A stretch of 64,000 nt of DNA. Origin: an uncultured Bacteroides sp. GTDB taxonomy: Bacteria > Bacteroidota > Bacteroidia > Bacteroidales > Bacteroidaceae. The notes under the pieces were generated by a model that worked only from the letters and a program-made list of their open reading frames with translations, was not told the DNA's origin and did not search any database. Shown here one piece after another: positions 39,956-50,316 of the stretch (the first letter of the stretch is position 1; each line of letters opens with the position of its first letter). The stretch spans positions 295,218 through 359,217 of the forward strand of contig CABUKU010000001.1 in assembly GCA_902492205.1 (NCBI GenBank). Direction: 5' to 3'. Position numbers and translations under genes: made by a program.

Positions 39956-41067
39956 CGGAACAGAAATTACTCAATGCTTTGGCACTGACTAAAATTCCCG
40001 GATTGGGGATTGTTGGAATAAAAAAGTTATTGGATGCAATGGAAGATGCAGAGAGTATTTTCCGGCATCGGAAAGAATTGGCGGAAATAGTTCCCGGAGT
40101 AGGTGAACGGTTGATGAAGGCTTTGGATTGTCCCGAAGCCTTTCTTTATGCCGAGAAAGAACTTAAGTTTGTTCAAAAGAACTCTATTGCCTGCCTGTCA
40201 TTAAAGGATGAGGCTTACCCTTCCCGTTTAAGGGAATGTGATGATGCACCTTCCCTGCTTTTCTTCAAAGGAAATGCAGATTTGAATGCCTTGCGTGTTG
40301 TGAGCATTGTAGGCACCCGTCATATCACGGATTATGGAAATTGTTTGTGCCGGCAATTTATAGCAGATTTGCAGGCTCTTTGTCCCAATGTGTTAATAGT
40401 AAGTGGACTGGCTTATGGAGTGGATATACATGCTCACAGAGAAGCTTTGTCGAATGAATTGCCTACTGTGGGAGTACTTGCTCATGGGTTGGACCGCATT
40501 TATCCGTCAACGCATCGTGATACCGCCGTTCGTATGCTTGAACGGGGAGGATTGCTTACTGAATATATGTCTGAAACCAATCCTGACCGGCAGAACTTTA
40601 TTCAGCGTAACCGTATTGTGGCAGGAATGAGTGATGCGACAATCGTTATAGAATCTGCTGCAAAAGGTGGAGCATTGATAACCGCCGAGCTTGCACAAGG
40701 TTATAACCGCGATTGTTTTGCTTTCGCAGGCCGCACTACGGATGAGTTTTCCCGGGGGTGCAATAACCTGATACGTGATAATAAAGCTATCCTGCTTCAA
40801 TCGGCAGAGGAGTTTGTAAAAGCGATGTGTTGGGACGTTGATAGCACGCAGAAGCCAGAGGTGGTGCAACGACAGTTATTTCCCGATTTAACGATGGAAG
40901 AACAACGTATAGTGGATATGCTGCAAGAACAGGGGAGCTTGCACATTAATACTTTGGCTGTAGATATGGATATTCCCGTAAACCAAATGAATGTGCTTCT
41001 TTTTGAACTTGAAATGAAAGGAGTGATCCGTGTACTTGCGGGAGGTATGTATCAGTTACTTGGCTGA
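39952..41067 (+). CDS. dprA: DNA-processing protein DprA
   Basis: YPSRL, VGTR, VSGLAYGVD, FIQRNRIVAG, GGALITA. Confidence 0.95.
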   Translation: MTEQKLLNALALTKIPGLGIVGIKKLLDAMEDAESIFRHRKELAEIVPGVGERLMKALDCPEAFLYAEKELKFVQKNSIACLSLKDEAYPSRLRECDDAPSLLFFKGNADLNALRVVSIVGTRHITDYGNCLCRQFIADLQALCPNVLIVSGLAYGVDIHAHREALSNELPTVGVLAHGLDRIYPSTHRDTAVRMLERGGLLTEYMSETNPDRQNFIQRNRIVAGMSDATIVIESAAKGGALITAELAQGYNRDCFAFAGRTTDEFSRGCNNLIRDNKAILLQSAEEFVKAMCWDVDSTQKPEVVQRQLFPDLTMEEQRIVDMLQEQGSLHINTLAVDMDIPVNQMNVLLFELEMKGVIRVLAGGMYQLLG

Positions 41068-41074
41068 AAAGCAT

Positions 41075-41142
41075 AAAAAAAAGGAGTCACGCCTGACTCC
41101 AACCTTTGTTAACCTTAAATCTAATACTATGAAAAAAATCAC
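41075..41142 (-). ncRNA. Candidate small RNA of about 70 nt
   Basis: Minus-strand -33 TTTG (41175-41178), 20-nt spacer, -7 TACATTTG (41147-41154); ends in GGAGTCA-ggcg-TGACTCC plus T8; no plausible ORF. Confidence 0.65.
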
Positions 41143-41361
41143 ATGACAAATGTAACTTTTTCATGTATTCCCTCCAAACTATTATCCTCTTTTACATTCT
41201 GTTTTAATATTATTTCACTATAATTTAATGTTTTCGCACACGATATGTCTTTTTGATACTTCTTTGCTGCAATAGTATTACATATGGAAATAAAAAAATC
41301 CCCCACTTTTATAAGTGAGGGACCTTATTAACTAAACTATTAAAAAATGGATTTCTCCGGA

Positions 41362-42117
41362 TTAATCTTCCAATTTAGCTTTGATGAACTCACGGTTCAA
41401 ACGAGCGATGTTGCTGATTGAAACGCACTTAGGGCATTCTGCTTCGCAAGCACGTGTGTTTGTACAGTTACCGAAGCCGAGTTCGTCCATCTTGCTCAAC
41501 ATTGCTTTTGCACGGCGAGCGCTTTCCACTTTACCTTGAGGAAGAAGTGCAAGCTGGCTGACCTTTGCAGAAACGAACAACATGGCAGAACCATTCTTAC
41601 AAGCTGCTACACAAGCACCGCAACCGATACATGCTGCCGCATCCATAGCTTCATCGGCGATAGGTTTGGCAATAGCAATTGAGTTTGCATCGGGAATACC
41701 ACCTGTGTTGATTGATACGTAACCTCCGGCTTGCATAATCTTGTCGAAAGCGTTACGGTCAACCATCAAGTCGCGGATTACCGGGAAACCTGCAGAACGC
41801 CAAGGCTCAACAGTGATGGTGTCGCCATCGTTGAAACGACGCATATACAACTGGCAAGTTGTTGCACCTGTTGCCGGGCCGTGAGGATGTCCGTTTACAT
41901 ATAGTGAACACATACCGCAGATACCTTCGCGGCAGTCGTGGTCGAATACAATAGGTTCTTCTCCTTTGTTGATAAGCTCTTCATTGAGAATATCCAACAT
42001 TTCAAGGAAAGAAGTGTCACCCGGTATATCTTTCATTGGGTATGAAACAAAAGTACCTTTTTCTTTAGGGCCTCTCTGACGCCATACTTTAAGCGTGAAA
42101 CTTATATTTTTTTCCAT
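41362..42117 (-). CDS. frdB: Succinate dehydrogenase/fumarate reductase Fe-S subunit
   Basis: [33 protein letters not shown]. Confidence 0.95.
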   Translation of the reverse strand: MEKNISFTLKVWRQRGPKEKGTFVSYPMKDIPGDTSFLEMLDILNEELINKGEEPIVFDHDCREGICGMCSLYVNGHPHGPATGATTCQLYMRRFNDGDTITVEPWRSAGFPVIRDLMVDRNAFDKIMQAGGYVSINTGGIPDANSIAIAKPIADEAMDAAACIGCGACVAACKNGSAMLFVSAKVSQLALLPQGKVESARRAKAMLSKMDELGFGNCTNTRACEAECPKCVSISNIARLNREFIKAKLED

Positions 42118-42130
42118 TGTCTACTAATTA

Positions 42131-44074
42131 TTAAGCTTTGTAATTACGTGTTTGAACTTTGGTGAATTCATAGTTCAATTCTTCCTTAATCAATTCCGGT
42201 TTAGAATTTTCTCCGGTATATTTCCAGCAAGCTACGTATGAGTAGTTGGCATCGTCACGAAGAGCTTCGCCTTCCGGAGTCTGATATTCTTCGCGGAAGT
42301 GTCCGCCACAAGACTCGTTGCGGTTCAACGCATCGTAAGCCATTAATTCACCTGTTTCGATGAAGTCTGCCAAGCGGAGAGCTTTTTCAAGTTCCACGTT
42401 CAACGTATCGGCTTCACCCGGTATGCGAAGGTCGCTCCAGAATTCTTTTTTCACTTCTTTGAGTTGAGCCAAAGCGGTTTCCAAAGATTCTTTTGTGCGT
42501 CCCATACCAACGAAATCCCACATAATGTGACCAAGTTTTTTATGGATAGAGTCAACAGAGTGTTTACCCTTAATATTCATCAAGCGAGTAATCTTATCCT
42601 TGACTTCTTTTTCTGCAGCGTCGAACTCAGGAAGGTCGGTTGAGAAACGCGGAACCTGAATCTGGTCTGCCAAGTAGTTCTGGATAGTGTAAGGCAATAC
42701 GAAATATCCGTCTGCCAAACCTTGCATCAATGCAGAAGCACCAAGACGGTTGGCACCGTGGTCGGAGAAGTTAGCTTCACCGATTGCGAACAAACCTTTG
42801 ATAGAAGTCATTAATTCGTAGTCAACCCAGATACCACCCATTGTATAGTGGATAGCAGGGAAGATCATCATCGGAGTCTTGTATGGATTCTCGTCAGTGA
42901 TTTCTTCATACATATCGAAAAGGTTACCGTAACGGGCTCTTACAACATCTTCGCCAAGACGGCCGATTGCTTCAGAGAAATCAAGATATACGGCAAGACC
43001 TGTATTGTTGACACCATAACCTGCATCGCAACGTTCTTTAGCTGCACGTGATGCAACGTCACGCGGAACCAGGTTACCGAATGCCGGATAACGACGTTCC
43101 AAATAATAGTCACGGTCTTCTTCTTTAATTTCAGTAGGTTTCATCTTACCTGCCTGCAATGCTTTTGCATCTTCCAGTTTCTTAGGAACCCAGATACGTC
43201 CGTCGTTACGAAGTGATTCGGACATCAAAGTCAACTTAGACTGCTTGTCGCCGTGAACCGGAATACAAGTCGGGTGGATCTGTGCGAAACATGGGTTGGC
43301 AAAGTAAGCTCCCTTACGGTAGCACTGCATGGCAGCAGAACCGTTACATCCCATTGCATTGGTTGACAAGAAGAATGTGTTGCCATATCCGCCTGTACCG
43401 ATAACTACTGCATGGGCAGAGAAACGTTCGATAGCGCCTGTTACCAAGTTACGTGCGATGATACCGCGTGCACGTCCGTCGATGATTACGACATCCAGCA
43501 TTTCGTAACGGGTATATAACTTAACGTTACCTTGCTGAACCTGACGGCTCAATGCCGAGTAAGCACCTAAAAGGAGCTGCTGTCCGGTTTGACCGCGGGC
43601 ATAGAACGTACGTGAAACCTGAGCGCCACCGAAAGAACGGTTGTCAAGCAAACCACCGTATTCGCGAGCGAAAGGCACACCTTGTGCAACACACTGGTCG
43701 ATGATGGCGTTAGATACTTCGGCCAAACGGTAAACGTTTGCTTCGCGTGCACGATAGTCACCGCCTTTGATTGTATCATAATACAAACGGTAAACAGAGT
43801 CACCGTCGTTAGGGTAATTCTTTGCAGCATTGATACCACCTTGTGCAGCGATGGAGTGTGCACGGCGCGGAGAGTCTTGAATGCAGAAGTTTAATACTTT
43901 GAAACCCAGTCCGCCGAGTGAAGCGGCTGCCGATGCTCCGGCAAGTCCCGTACCTACTACGATGATGTCCAAACGGCGTTTGTTAGCCGGGTTAACGAGT
44001 TTCTGATGAGCTTTATAGTTTGTCCATTTCTCAGCCAATTGGCCTTCAGGAATCTTTGAATCTATCTTTGTCAT
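42131..44074 (-). CDS. frdA: Succinate dehydrogenase/fumarate reductase flavoprotein subunit
   Basis: [47 protein letters not shown]. Confidence 0.96.
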   Translation of the reverse strand: MTKIDSKIPEGQLAEKWTNYKAHQKLVNPANKRRLDIIVVGTGLAGASAAASLGGLGFKVLNFCIQDSPRRAHSIAAQGGINAAKNYPNDGDSVYRLYYDTIKGGDYRAREANVYRLAEVSNAIIDQCVAQGVPFAREYGGLLDNRSFGGAQVSRTFYARGQTGQQLLLGAYSALSRQVQQGNVKLYTRYEMLDVVIIDGRARGIIARNLVTGAIERFSAHAVVIGTGGYGNTFFLSTNAMGCNGSAAMQCYRKGAYFANPCFAQIHPTCIPVHGDKQSKLTLMSESLRNDGRIWVPKKLEDAKALQAGKMKPTEIKEEDRDYYLERRYPAFGNLVPRDVASRAAKERCDAGYGVNNTGLAVYLDFSEAIGRLGEDVVRARYGNLFDMYEEITDENPYKTPMMIFPAIHYTMGGIWVDYELMTSIKGLFAIGEANFSDHGANRLGASALMQGLADGYFVLPYTIQNYLADQIQVPRFSTDLPEFDAAEKEVKDKITRLMNIKGKHSVDSIHKKLGHIMWDFVGMGRTKESLETALAQLKEVKKEFWSDLRIPGEADTLNVELEKALRLADFIETGELMAYDALNRNESCGGHFREEYQTPEGEALRDDANYSYVACWKYTGENSKPELIKEELNYEFTKVQTRNYKA

Positions 44075-44109
44075 AATATTATTTACAGTTTAATGATTAC
44101 AAGTTACTA

Positions 44110-44805
44110 TTAACATGCTCCTCCGCAGAAAGACTTGGCGAAGAAGATGACAACAACTAAAGCAAAACCAAGAACGACAATGGTAGTGTAGATGTTAGAA
44201 GTACACTTCCAACGTTCAAACCAGATTCTGTTGCTCCAGCCCAGTGTTTGTAATGAACTCCAGAAACCGTGAGTGAGGTGGAACCAAAGAGCTCCTAGCC
44301 ACACTAAATAAAGCACAACGAATACAGGGTTGCTGAATGTAGCTTTGATGAAACCTGCTCCGTCTGTCGGTGCGATACCGCCGTTGGCAATAGCATCGTG
44401 GATTCCGATGATTTCTGAGAACTGCATTTTGTACCAGAAGTTGTAGAAGTGCAATCCCAAACCAACTATAACGATGATTCCCAATACAAGCATGTTTTGT
44501 GAAGCCCATTCCACGCCTTTGGGTTTTTCGGTAACAGCATAACGTTCGTTGCCGCGAGCGGTTCTGTTTTGCATTGTCAACCAGAATGCATAGATGATGT
44601 GAATAACAAATAGGGCTGCAAGACCAAGTGTAGCAACCAGTGCATACCAGTTAGCGCCAAGGAATTCGCAAACCATGTTGTAGCCTTCTTCTGAGAAGAT
44701 TGCCACAAGGTTCATCGCCATGTGAAACGTCAGAAACAGGATAAGGGCAATACCAGTAACGCTCATTACCACTTTCCTTCCTACAGATGAATTAATTAAC
44801 CACAT
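44110..44805 (-). CDS. frdC: Succinate dehydrogenase/fumarate reductase cytochrome b subunit
   Basis: SSVGRKVVMSVTG, heme-ligand His residues, HLTHGFWSSLQTLG. Confidence 0.93.
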   Translation of the reverse strand: MWLINSSVGRKVVMSVTGIALILFLTFHMAMNLVAIFSEEGYNMVCEFLGANWYALVATLGLAALFVIHIIYAFWLTMQNRTARGNERYAVTEKPKGVEWASQNMLVLGIIVIVGLGLHFYNFWYKMQFSEIIGIHDAIANGGIAPTDGAGFIKATFSNPVFVVLYLVWLGALWFHLTHGFWSSLQTLGWSNRIWFERWKCTSNIYTTIVVLGFALVVVIFFAKSFCGGAC

Positions 44806-44949
44806 AAATGATTGAATTTAAATTATTTAATTGTTAGAACTAAAATTTCGTACATGTGTGTTGTTTACTTCGTGCAAAAATACGTGAATTCTGTAGATTA
44901 AGCAAGGAATTACGGAAATAATTCTTTAATACTCCCGCTCTATAAGGTG

Positions 44950-45372
44950 TTCAACTTTGCCGCACTGTGGCACAGGGGGTATAACTTGCTGTATATAAAT
45001 CGGTTCGGTGTGCCGCGAGGTGTGAAATGTGCATTTTCCTTCCTTCACACAGGCTTTTAAATAAATGTTCTTACGTTTTGCATGAAACATAGGGACACTT
45101 TTAAAATCTCCCTGGGGAAATCCTCTGACTACTACCGGGATGTTGCTCAACTTCCCTAGGGAGATTCTTCAATTACCTTAGGGAGATTTTGAAAACACTG
45201 TGCTGCTTTTCCCAATCAATTGGCTGTTTAAGAAAAACAACATACTGATTGAAAATTGTGGTAAATATGGATGTGCGGGAAGATGATTCGTTCTTGCAAT
45301 TTCTTGTGGCACGTGAAACTAATTTATACACAGTAAGTTAGCGCCTATGTGAAGTGGTGCGGCAAGATTGAA
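44950..45372. repeat. Gene-less element: 71-bp imperfect inverted repeats (44950-45020 and 45302-45372) enclosing a 4 x 22-bp array (45102-45189, array 2)
   Basis: Arms align ungapped at 48/71; array units TAAAATCTCCCTGGGGAAATCC / TCTGACTACTACCGGGATGTTG / CTCAACTTCCCTAGGGAGATTC / TTCAATTACCTTAGGGAGATTT. Confidence 0.7.
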
Positions 45373-45412
45373 TATACTCTTGTAGGGGTATGGTTTGTGG
45401 GGGAATAAAATG

Positions 45413-45453
45413 AAAACCTCTCCTCAAAAAATAGTTTTTTTGAGGAGAGGTTT
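45413..45453 (-). terminator. Intrinsic terminator after the fimbrillin gene
   Basis: AAACCTCTCCTCAAAAAA-tagt-TTTTTTGAGGAGAGGTTT long perfect stem. Confidence 0.75.
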
Positions 45454-45491
45454 CTTAGGTATATGTTGTGATTGGATTTGTATTAATGCAT

Positions 45492-46397
45492 TTATTGAAC
45501 GGGTTTTTCATCCGGGTTTGTACCGTCTTCCCATTTTCCCATTGTTGCCGAACCGGTAATATCTTTAGCACCCAATCTCAGAGTGATGGTATATGCTTTG
45601 CCTGCTAAATATTTTCCTCCGGCCTCTTTACTGTCAACAGTTACTTCTCCGCTGAAACCTTTATCTCCGGTGACAGCTAATGTTAATGATGCCAAATCCG
45701 GCTGAAGCATAATTGGTTCACTTGCAGCACTGGCAGTTTCTTTAGCAGTTCCTCCGGTTAAAGCTGTTATTTCTGCAGTGGTACCCCAATTACTTAATGT
45801 ACCATCTGCAATGTCCATCTTAAATACGGTATTGGCACCTTTGACTTTTACGCTGACATTAGCTACATCGGTAATATCTGCATCTCTTTTAATGATAAAT
45901 TTGAATTGGGTGAGTTTATGGCTGAATGCCATTGGAGCAGATATTTCAGTGCTTTTACTTCCCTCAACGGCACTTGCATAGATAACATCTTCTTGCCCTG
46001 TGATTGTCATATTAATTGCGCCGTCAGTTACACCGGTGGCAGCAGGATAATATCCCATGATATGTGTTTTGTCTCCATTTATGGGATAATGTGGAGCGTT
46101 TCCACCGAAATCAATATTTCCACCAATATTAATTGTGGCTGCTATTGGAGTTAAACTTCCTGTCCAAACAGCTGTTTCCCCATCTACTTTTAAGAATTGT
46201 ACGCTTTCTAAATTTGCTGTGAGAGCTCCATCTGTACCTTGGGCTATTGCAGCTCTTGATACTGCAACTTCCGATAATTGTGCGGCTAATTTAATCTCTA
46301 CCGGTTCATTATTACTAATTTCAATTTCCGATTCATTTTCATTTGTACATGCAACCATCCCCAACAGTGCAAGTACTGGAATAAACATTTTCTTCAT
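45492..46397 (-). CDS. Fimbrillin-family (type V pilin, Mfa1/FimA-like) lipoprotein
   Basis: Lipobox MVAC, VSRAA processing site, GYYP, GQEDVIYA, FSHKLTQ, AGKAYTITL, C-terminal W. Confidence 0.85.
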   Translation of the reverse strand: MKKMFIPVLALLGMVACTNENESEIEISNNEPVEIKLAAQLSEVAVSRAAIAQGTDGALTANLESVQFLKVDGETAVWTGSLTPIAATINIGGNIDFGGNAPHYPINGDKTHIMGYYPAATGVTDGAINMTITGQEDVIYASAVEGSKSTEISAPMAFSHKLTQFKFIIKRDADITDVANVSVKVKGANTVFKMDIADGTLSNWGTTAEITALTGGTAKETASAASEPIMLQPDLASLTLAVTGDKGFSGEVTVDSKEAGGKYLAGKAYTITLRLGAKDITGSATMGKWEDGTNPDEKPVQ

Positions 46398-46547
46398 GTT
46401 GTGCTAAGTTTGTAATTTATTATTTTAATCTAACTGTATCAACCATTTAACTGTGGCTAACGATGCAAATATATACTAACAAGTATGTATTTGAGTTACA
46501 CAACTTAATCAAAAAGTTGCATAAACCACTATTGCATGAAAAAAAGT

Positions 46548-47408
46548 TTAATTATTTGTTTTTTCCTTCTTTTTATTCCTCAAAGCACGTGGGGAATTGC
46601 CAAAATGAGTCTTACAAAAATTAGAGAAGTGGGGTAATGATTCGAAAGCATATTTGTTGCTTATATCTGAAATTGTAAGTTTGCTGTGGTATAAATCTTC
46701 CAGAATTCCGCTCTTTTTCTTCTTTAACATCCATTCGTATGCCGGCTCTTCGAACATATTTCTAAACAAACGGCGGAAGGTGGTTACGGTGTAGCCGCCT
46801 AAATGTGCGAATTCTTCCACATTCCTTACCTTACTGTAATTGTTCATCACAAAGTAATGGAAGCTGTCGGTATATTGCGCTATGGAATGGAAAAGGCTTG
46901 CCAGTTCGCGCAAAGTATAGAATGTGGTGAGTATGTAGCTCAGTTCCATGCGTTTGGCTTTTAGCAGGTCTTCGCATATTTTGTTGTCCGTGGTGACATA
47001 GTAAGACAAACTTGCGATGAAATGTGTCATGGCAGGGACCATGTTAAGCGGATCACGGATTAAAGGCGGTTCGGTGGTTTGGAGTAATTCACGCTGACTT
47101 TCTTCACACAATAGGAACGGTTCATTGAAACGATAGAGTACCAGTTCGCAATCGGTCATGGCAAGTGCTTCTATTTTGGAACCGATGGCTTGCAAAATGA
47201 ATTGATTGGCTTTGAGAGTGATACCTGCATATTCTTCACTGTTAACCAATAACTCACCTTTTGCAAGGAATAGTATACAGTTTTGGGTACATTTGGTTGG
47301 AGGGCGATGATGTCCTTTTTTTAAGGAAAAAAGAGTAAAAGCCTCTTCTTTCATCTTTTGACAGTGTGTACAGTCAGTTATTTTTTTGCAATATACGTTT
47401 GTCGCCAT
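46548..47408 (-). CDS. AraC family regulator with Cys-rich N-terminus
   Basis: MATNVYCKKITDCTHC...; EEFAHLGGYTVTTFRRLF, HFSNFCKTHFGNSP; ORF opens at 47531, likelier ATG at 47408. Confidence 0.85.
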   Translation of the reverse strand: MATNVYCKKITDCTHCQKMKEEAFTLFSLKKGHHRPPTKCTQNCILFLAKGELLVNSEEYAGITLKANQFILQAIGSKIEALAMTDCELVLYRFNEPFLLCEESQRELLQTTEPPLIRDPLNMVPAMTHFIASLSYYVTTDNKICEDLLKAKRMELSYILTTFYTLRELASLFHSIAQYTDSFHYFVMNNYSKVRNVEEFAHLGGYTVTTFRRLFRNMFEEPAYEWMLKKKKSGILEDLYHSKLTISDISNKYAFESLPHFSNFCKTHFGNSPRALRNKKKEKTNN

Positions 47409-47579
47409 TTTATTTTCGCTCTTCCCAGATATCATTTTGTCAATCCCTGACAAAGATAGAAATAATTTAGAAATTAAAAACAAAAGCTGTTGAATACTGA
47501 TATGGAAAACGTATTTTAATATAAACTGCATAACAGCTATAATGAAATATGTTACTTTTGTACCTTTAACTTTAAAAAC

Positions 47580-48212
47580 ATGAACAAAATGAAACGTTTT
47601 CCCCTGTTATTGCTTTTCTTATTGCCGGTCATTCCTCTGTGTGCCCAAAACTGGGATATCAATACATTGAAGAAGATTAATAGGATAGATAATGGTTTTG
47701 TAAAAGGGTATAGCAAAGTTATCGGGAAAAGTACGCCTTATGTTGCGATTGGTGTGCCGGTAGTGATGGCAGCTTATGCATTGTTTGATAAAGATAAGGA
47801 TTTGCTGAAAGATGCTGTGTATATAGGCTCGAGTGTGGCAGAGGCTGTTGTTATTTCATATGGTTTGAAATATGCGGTAGACAGGGAACGTCCTTTCAAC
47901 CGTTATCCTGATTTGATTGATAAGCGTGATTCTCCTACCAGTGCTTCTTTTCCGTCAAGCCACACGGCAGCGGCTTTTTCACTGGCTACTTCGTTATGTA
48001 TTAAATATCCGAAGTGGTATGTGATTGCTCCGTCGGCAGTATGGGCTTGTTCCGTTGGGTTTTCCCGCATGAATCAGGGCGTTCATTATCCGTCGGATGT
48101 ATTGGGAGGGGTGGTTATAGGTGCCGGTTGTGCAGTTGCCAATATCTATATAAACAGGTGGCTGAATAAACTGTTCTTTCCGAACGATAAAAAAGAACCG
48201 GTGATATATTAA
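47580..48212 (+). CDS. PAP2 family phosphatase
   Basis: KYAVDRERP, SFPSSH, SRMNQGVHYPSDV. Confidence 0.9.
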   Translation: MNKMKRFPLLLLFLLPVIPLCAQNWDINTLKKINRIDNGFVKGYSKVIGKSTPYVAIGVPVVMAAYALFDKDKDLLKDAVYIGSSVAEAVVISYGLKYAVDRERPFNRYPDLIDKRDSPTSASFPSSHTAAAFSLATSLCIKYPKWYVIAPSAVWACSVGFSRMNQGVHYPSDVLGGVVIGAGCAVANIYINRWLNKLFFPNDKKEPVIY

Positions 48213-48217
48213 TAATG

Positions 48218-48246
48218 AAAAAGGGCTGCATGAATACAGCCCTTTT
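48218..48246. terminator. Bidirectional terminator
   Basis: AAAAGGGCTG-catgaata-CAGCCCTTTT between convergent genes. Confidence 0.75.
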
Positions 48247-48252
48247 CTATTT

Positions 48253-49836
48253 TTACTTCTTTTGCAGCAGGGTATTGAAATCTTCTTTTGAGTCGAGTAA
48301 CTCCAATGCTTTCAACACACTTTCGTTAACAGTGTTCATTACACGGAAGTATTCGGTCATGTCCCAAAGATCTCTTGCAAGTAATGCTTTCAATTGGGTT
48401 TTCAGTAAAGGAAGCGACTTTTGGTATTGTTGTTCATTGAACTCGATCTTTTCATCTTTAGCCAATGCAATTAGTTGGTCGAGCATTTCCTGACTGATTT
48501 GGAAGTTCTTATCAAAATCTTCGAACTTCTTATACTTGGCAAGTAAATCCTTACGATGATTTTCAAGTAGTTTCATGTTGGCTTTTACAATAACGCCTTT
48601 TGCCATGAGCAAGCGGTGGTAGTCTGTAAAGAGAGTTGTGTCTACCGGGACAAAATAGTCCGGCATAATTCCTCCTCCGCCATATACGGTTCTTTGAAGT
48701 TTTTGTGTCTGATACTTCAATGAATCGGGAAAATGAATGCTGTCGGCGTTCGTCATTTCTCCCCGGTTGTATCTGTCTATCAAGTCTTCATTGTACTTTT
48801 CGATACTCTCATATGGTTTCTGGATACATCTTCCCGCAGGAGTGTAGTAACGGGCAATTGTCAGACGGATCATTGAGCCGTCGGGCAAATCGACAGGGCG
48901 TTGCACCAAACCTTTCCCGAATGAGCGGCGGCCTACTACGATACCTCTGTCCCAATCTTGAATAGCTCCTGTGACGATTTCACTGGCCGAAGCAGAGTAT
49001 TCGTCAACCAATACGATTAAACGTCCGTCTTTGAATTTACCTGTGCCTTTGGCAAAGAACTCCGAACGGGGCACACGTTGTCCTTCCGTATATACAATGA
49101 GTTCTTTTTGTCCGAGGAACTCGTTGGCAAGATCAATTGCTGCATTGAGGTAACCTCCGCCATTTCCTTGCAAGTCAAGTATCAGGTCTTTCATTCCTTT
49201 TTTCTGCAACGCTTTGAGGGCAGCGGTAAACTCTTCCGTTGTGGTAGCTCCAAAACGGTTAATGCGGATATAACCTGTTTTGTCTTTAATCATGTAAGAA
49301 GCATCAAGGCTGAAAATGGGGATACGGTCGCGCTTCACAGTGAATGTCAACAGGTCGTCTACTCCTCGTCTGAGGATTTTCAAGTCCACTGTCGATTCTT
49401 TCGGACCACGCAGGCGGCTCATAATGTCCTCAGTGCTCATTTTAACTCCGGCAATAGCGGTGTCGTTTACCATGACAATACGATCGCCTGCAAGGATGCC
49501 GGCTTTCTCTGACGGACCACCCGACACAGGTTGAATGACAAACAAGGTGTCTTCTATCATATTGAACTGAACACCAATGCCTTCAAAGTTACCTTGCAGG
49601 GGCTCATTCATTTTCTTTACTTCCTCCGGATCGGCATATACCGAGTGTGGATCAAGTTGTGCAAGCATCTTGATGATGGCCTCTTCCACCAACTTGTTCT
49701 CATCTACTTTATCTACATATAGATTGGCAATTGCAAACTCTGCCAGTTGCAACTTGCGTGCAGCCAATGAACCGGAATTCTGCGCACAAACATGGACAGC
49801 GAGCAGAAGCGCAACGAAAGATATTATTTTTCTCAT
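48253..49836 (-). CDS. S41 family carboxy-terminal processing protease
   Basis: LDPHS, PDZ domain, LDLQGNGGG, SASASEI, SFGKGLVQ, YYTPAGR; start MRKIISF at 49836. Confidence 0.92.
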   Translation of the reverse strand: MRKIISFVALLLAVHVCAQNSGSLAARKLQLAEFAIANLYVDKVDENKLVEEAIIKMLAQLDPHSVYADPEEVKKMNEPLQGNFEGIGVQFNMIEDTLFVIQPVSGGPSEKAGILAGDRIVMVNDTAIAGVKMSTEDIMSRLRGPKESTVDLKILRRGVDDLLTFTVKRDRIPIFSLDASYMIKDKTGYIRINRFGATTTEEFTAALKALQKKGMKDLILDLQGNGGGYLNAAIDLANEFLGQKELIVYTEGQRVPRSEFFAKGTGKFKDGRLIVLVDEYSASASEIVTGAIQDWDRGIVVGRRSFGKGLVQRPVDLPDGSMIRLTIARYYTPAGRCIQKPYESIEKYNEDLIDRYNRGEMTNADSIHFPDSLKYQTQKLQRTVYGGGGIMPDYFVPVDTTLFTDYHRLLMAKGVIVKANMKLLENHRKDLLAKYKKFEDFDKNFQISQEMLDQLIALAKDEKIEFNEQQYQKSLPLLKTQLKALLARDLWDMTEYFRVMNTVNESVLKALELLDSKEDFNTLLQKK

Positions 49837-49849
49837 GATGTTGAATTGG

Positions 49850-50302
49850 TTAGATACCCATTCCCTCGGGAACGAAGCGGCTAACATCTTTATTATATTG
49901 TAAAAGTTCGCGGACTATGGTGGAACTGACACAGGTAAGTTCCGGTTCTGTAAACAGGAGAATTGTTTCTATGTCCGCCAGTTTACGGTTAATGTCGGCA
50001 ATGGTTTCCTCATATTCAAAATCGTTGACCGTCCGGATGCCACGAACAATGAATTTGGCATCTACCTGCTTGGCAAAGTCAATGGTAAGGCAGTCATAAG
50101 ACTCTACTTTTATTTTAGGTTCGTCTTTATAGAGCTGACGCACCATTTCCAAACGCTTTTCTACCGGAAAGTAGGTTTTCTTGTTTTCATTGATACCTAT
50201 TCCGATTATTATTTCGTCCATGAATGTCAATGCACGCTTTACTACAGAGTAATGTCCGACAGTAAAGGGATCGAACGTTCCCGGAAATATGGCTCTTTTC
50301 AT
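49850..50302 (-). CDS. coaD: Pantetheine-phosphate adenylyltransferase
   Basis: [30 protein letters not shown]. Confidence 0.96.
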   Translation of the reverse strand: MKRAIFPGTFDPFTVGHYSVVKRALTFMDEIIIGIGINENKKTYFPVEKRLEMVRQLYKDEPKIKVESYDCLTIDFAKQVDAKFIVRGIRTVNDFEYEETIADINRKLADIETILLFTEPELTCVSSTIVRELLQYNKDVSRFVPEGMGI

Positions 50303-50316
50303 TCTTAACAGTGTTT

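Noticed and set aside
44926..45150. 74-aa minus-strand ORF across the 45-kb repeat element
   Set aside because: Non-ATG start, runs through the repeats and has no protein-like features; probably chance.
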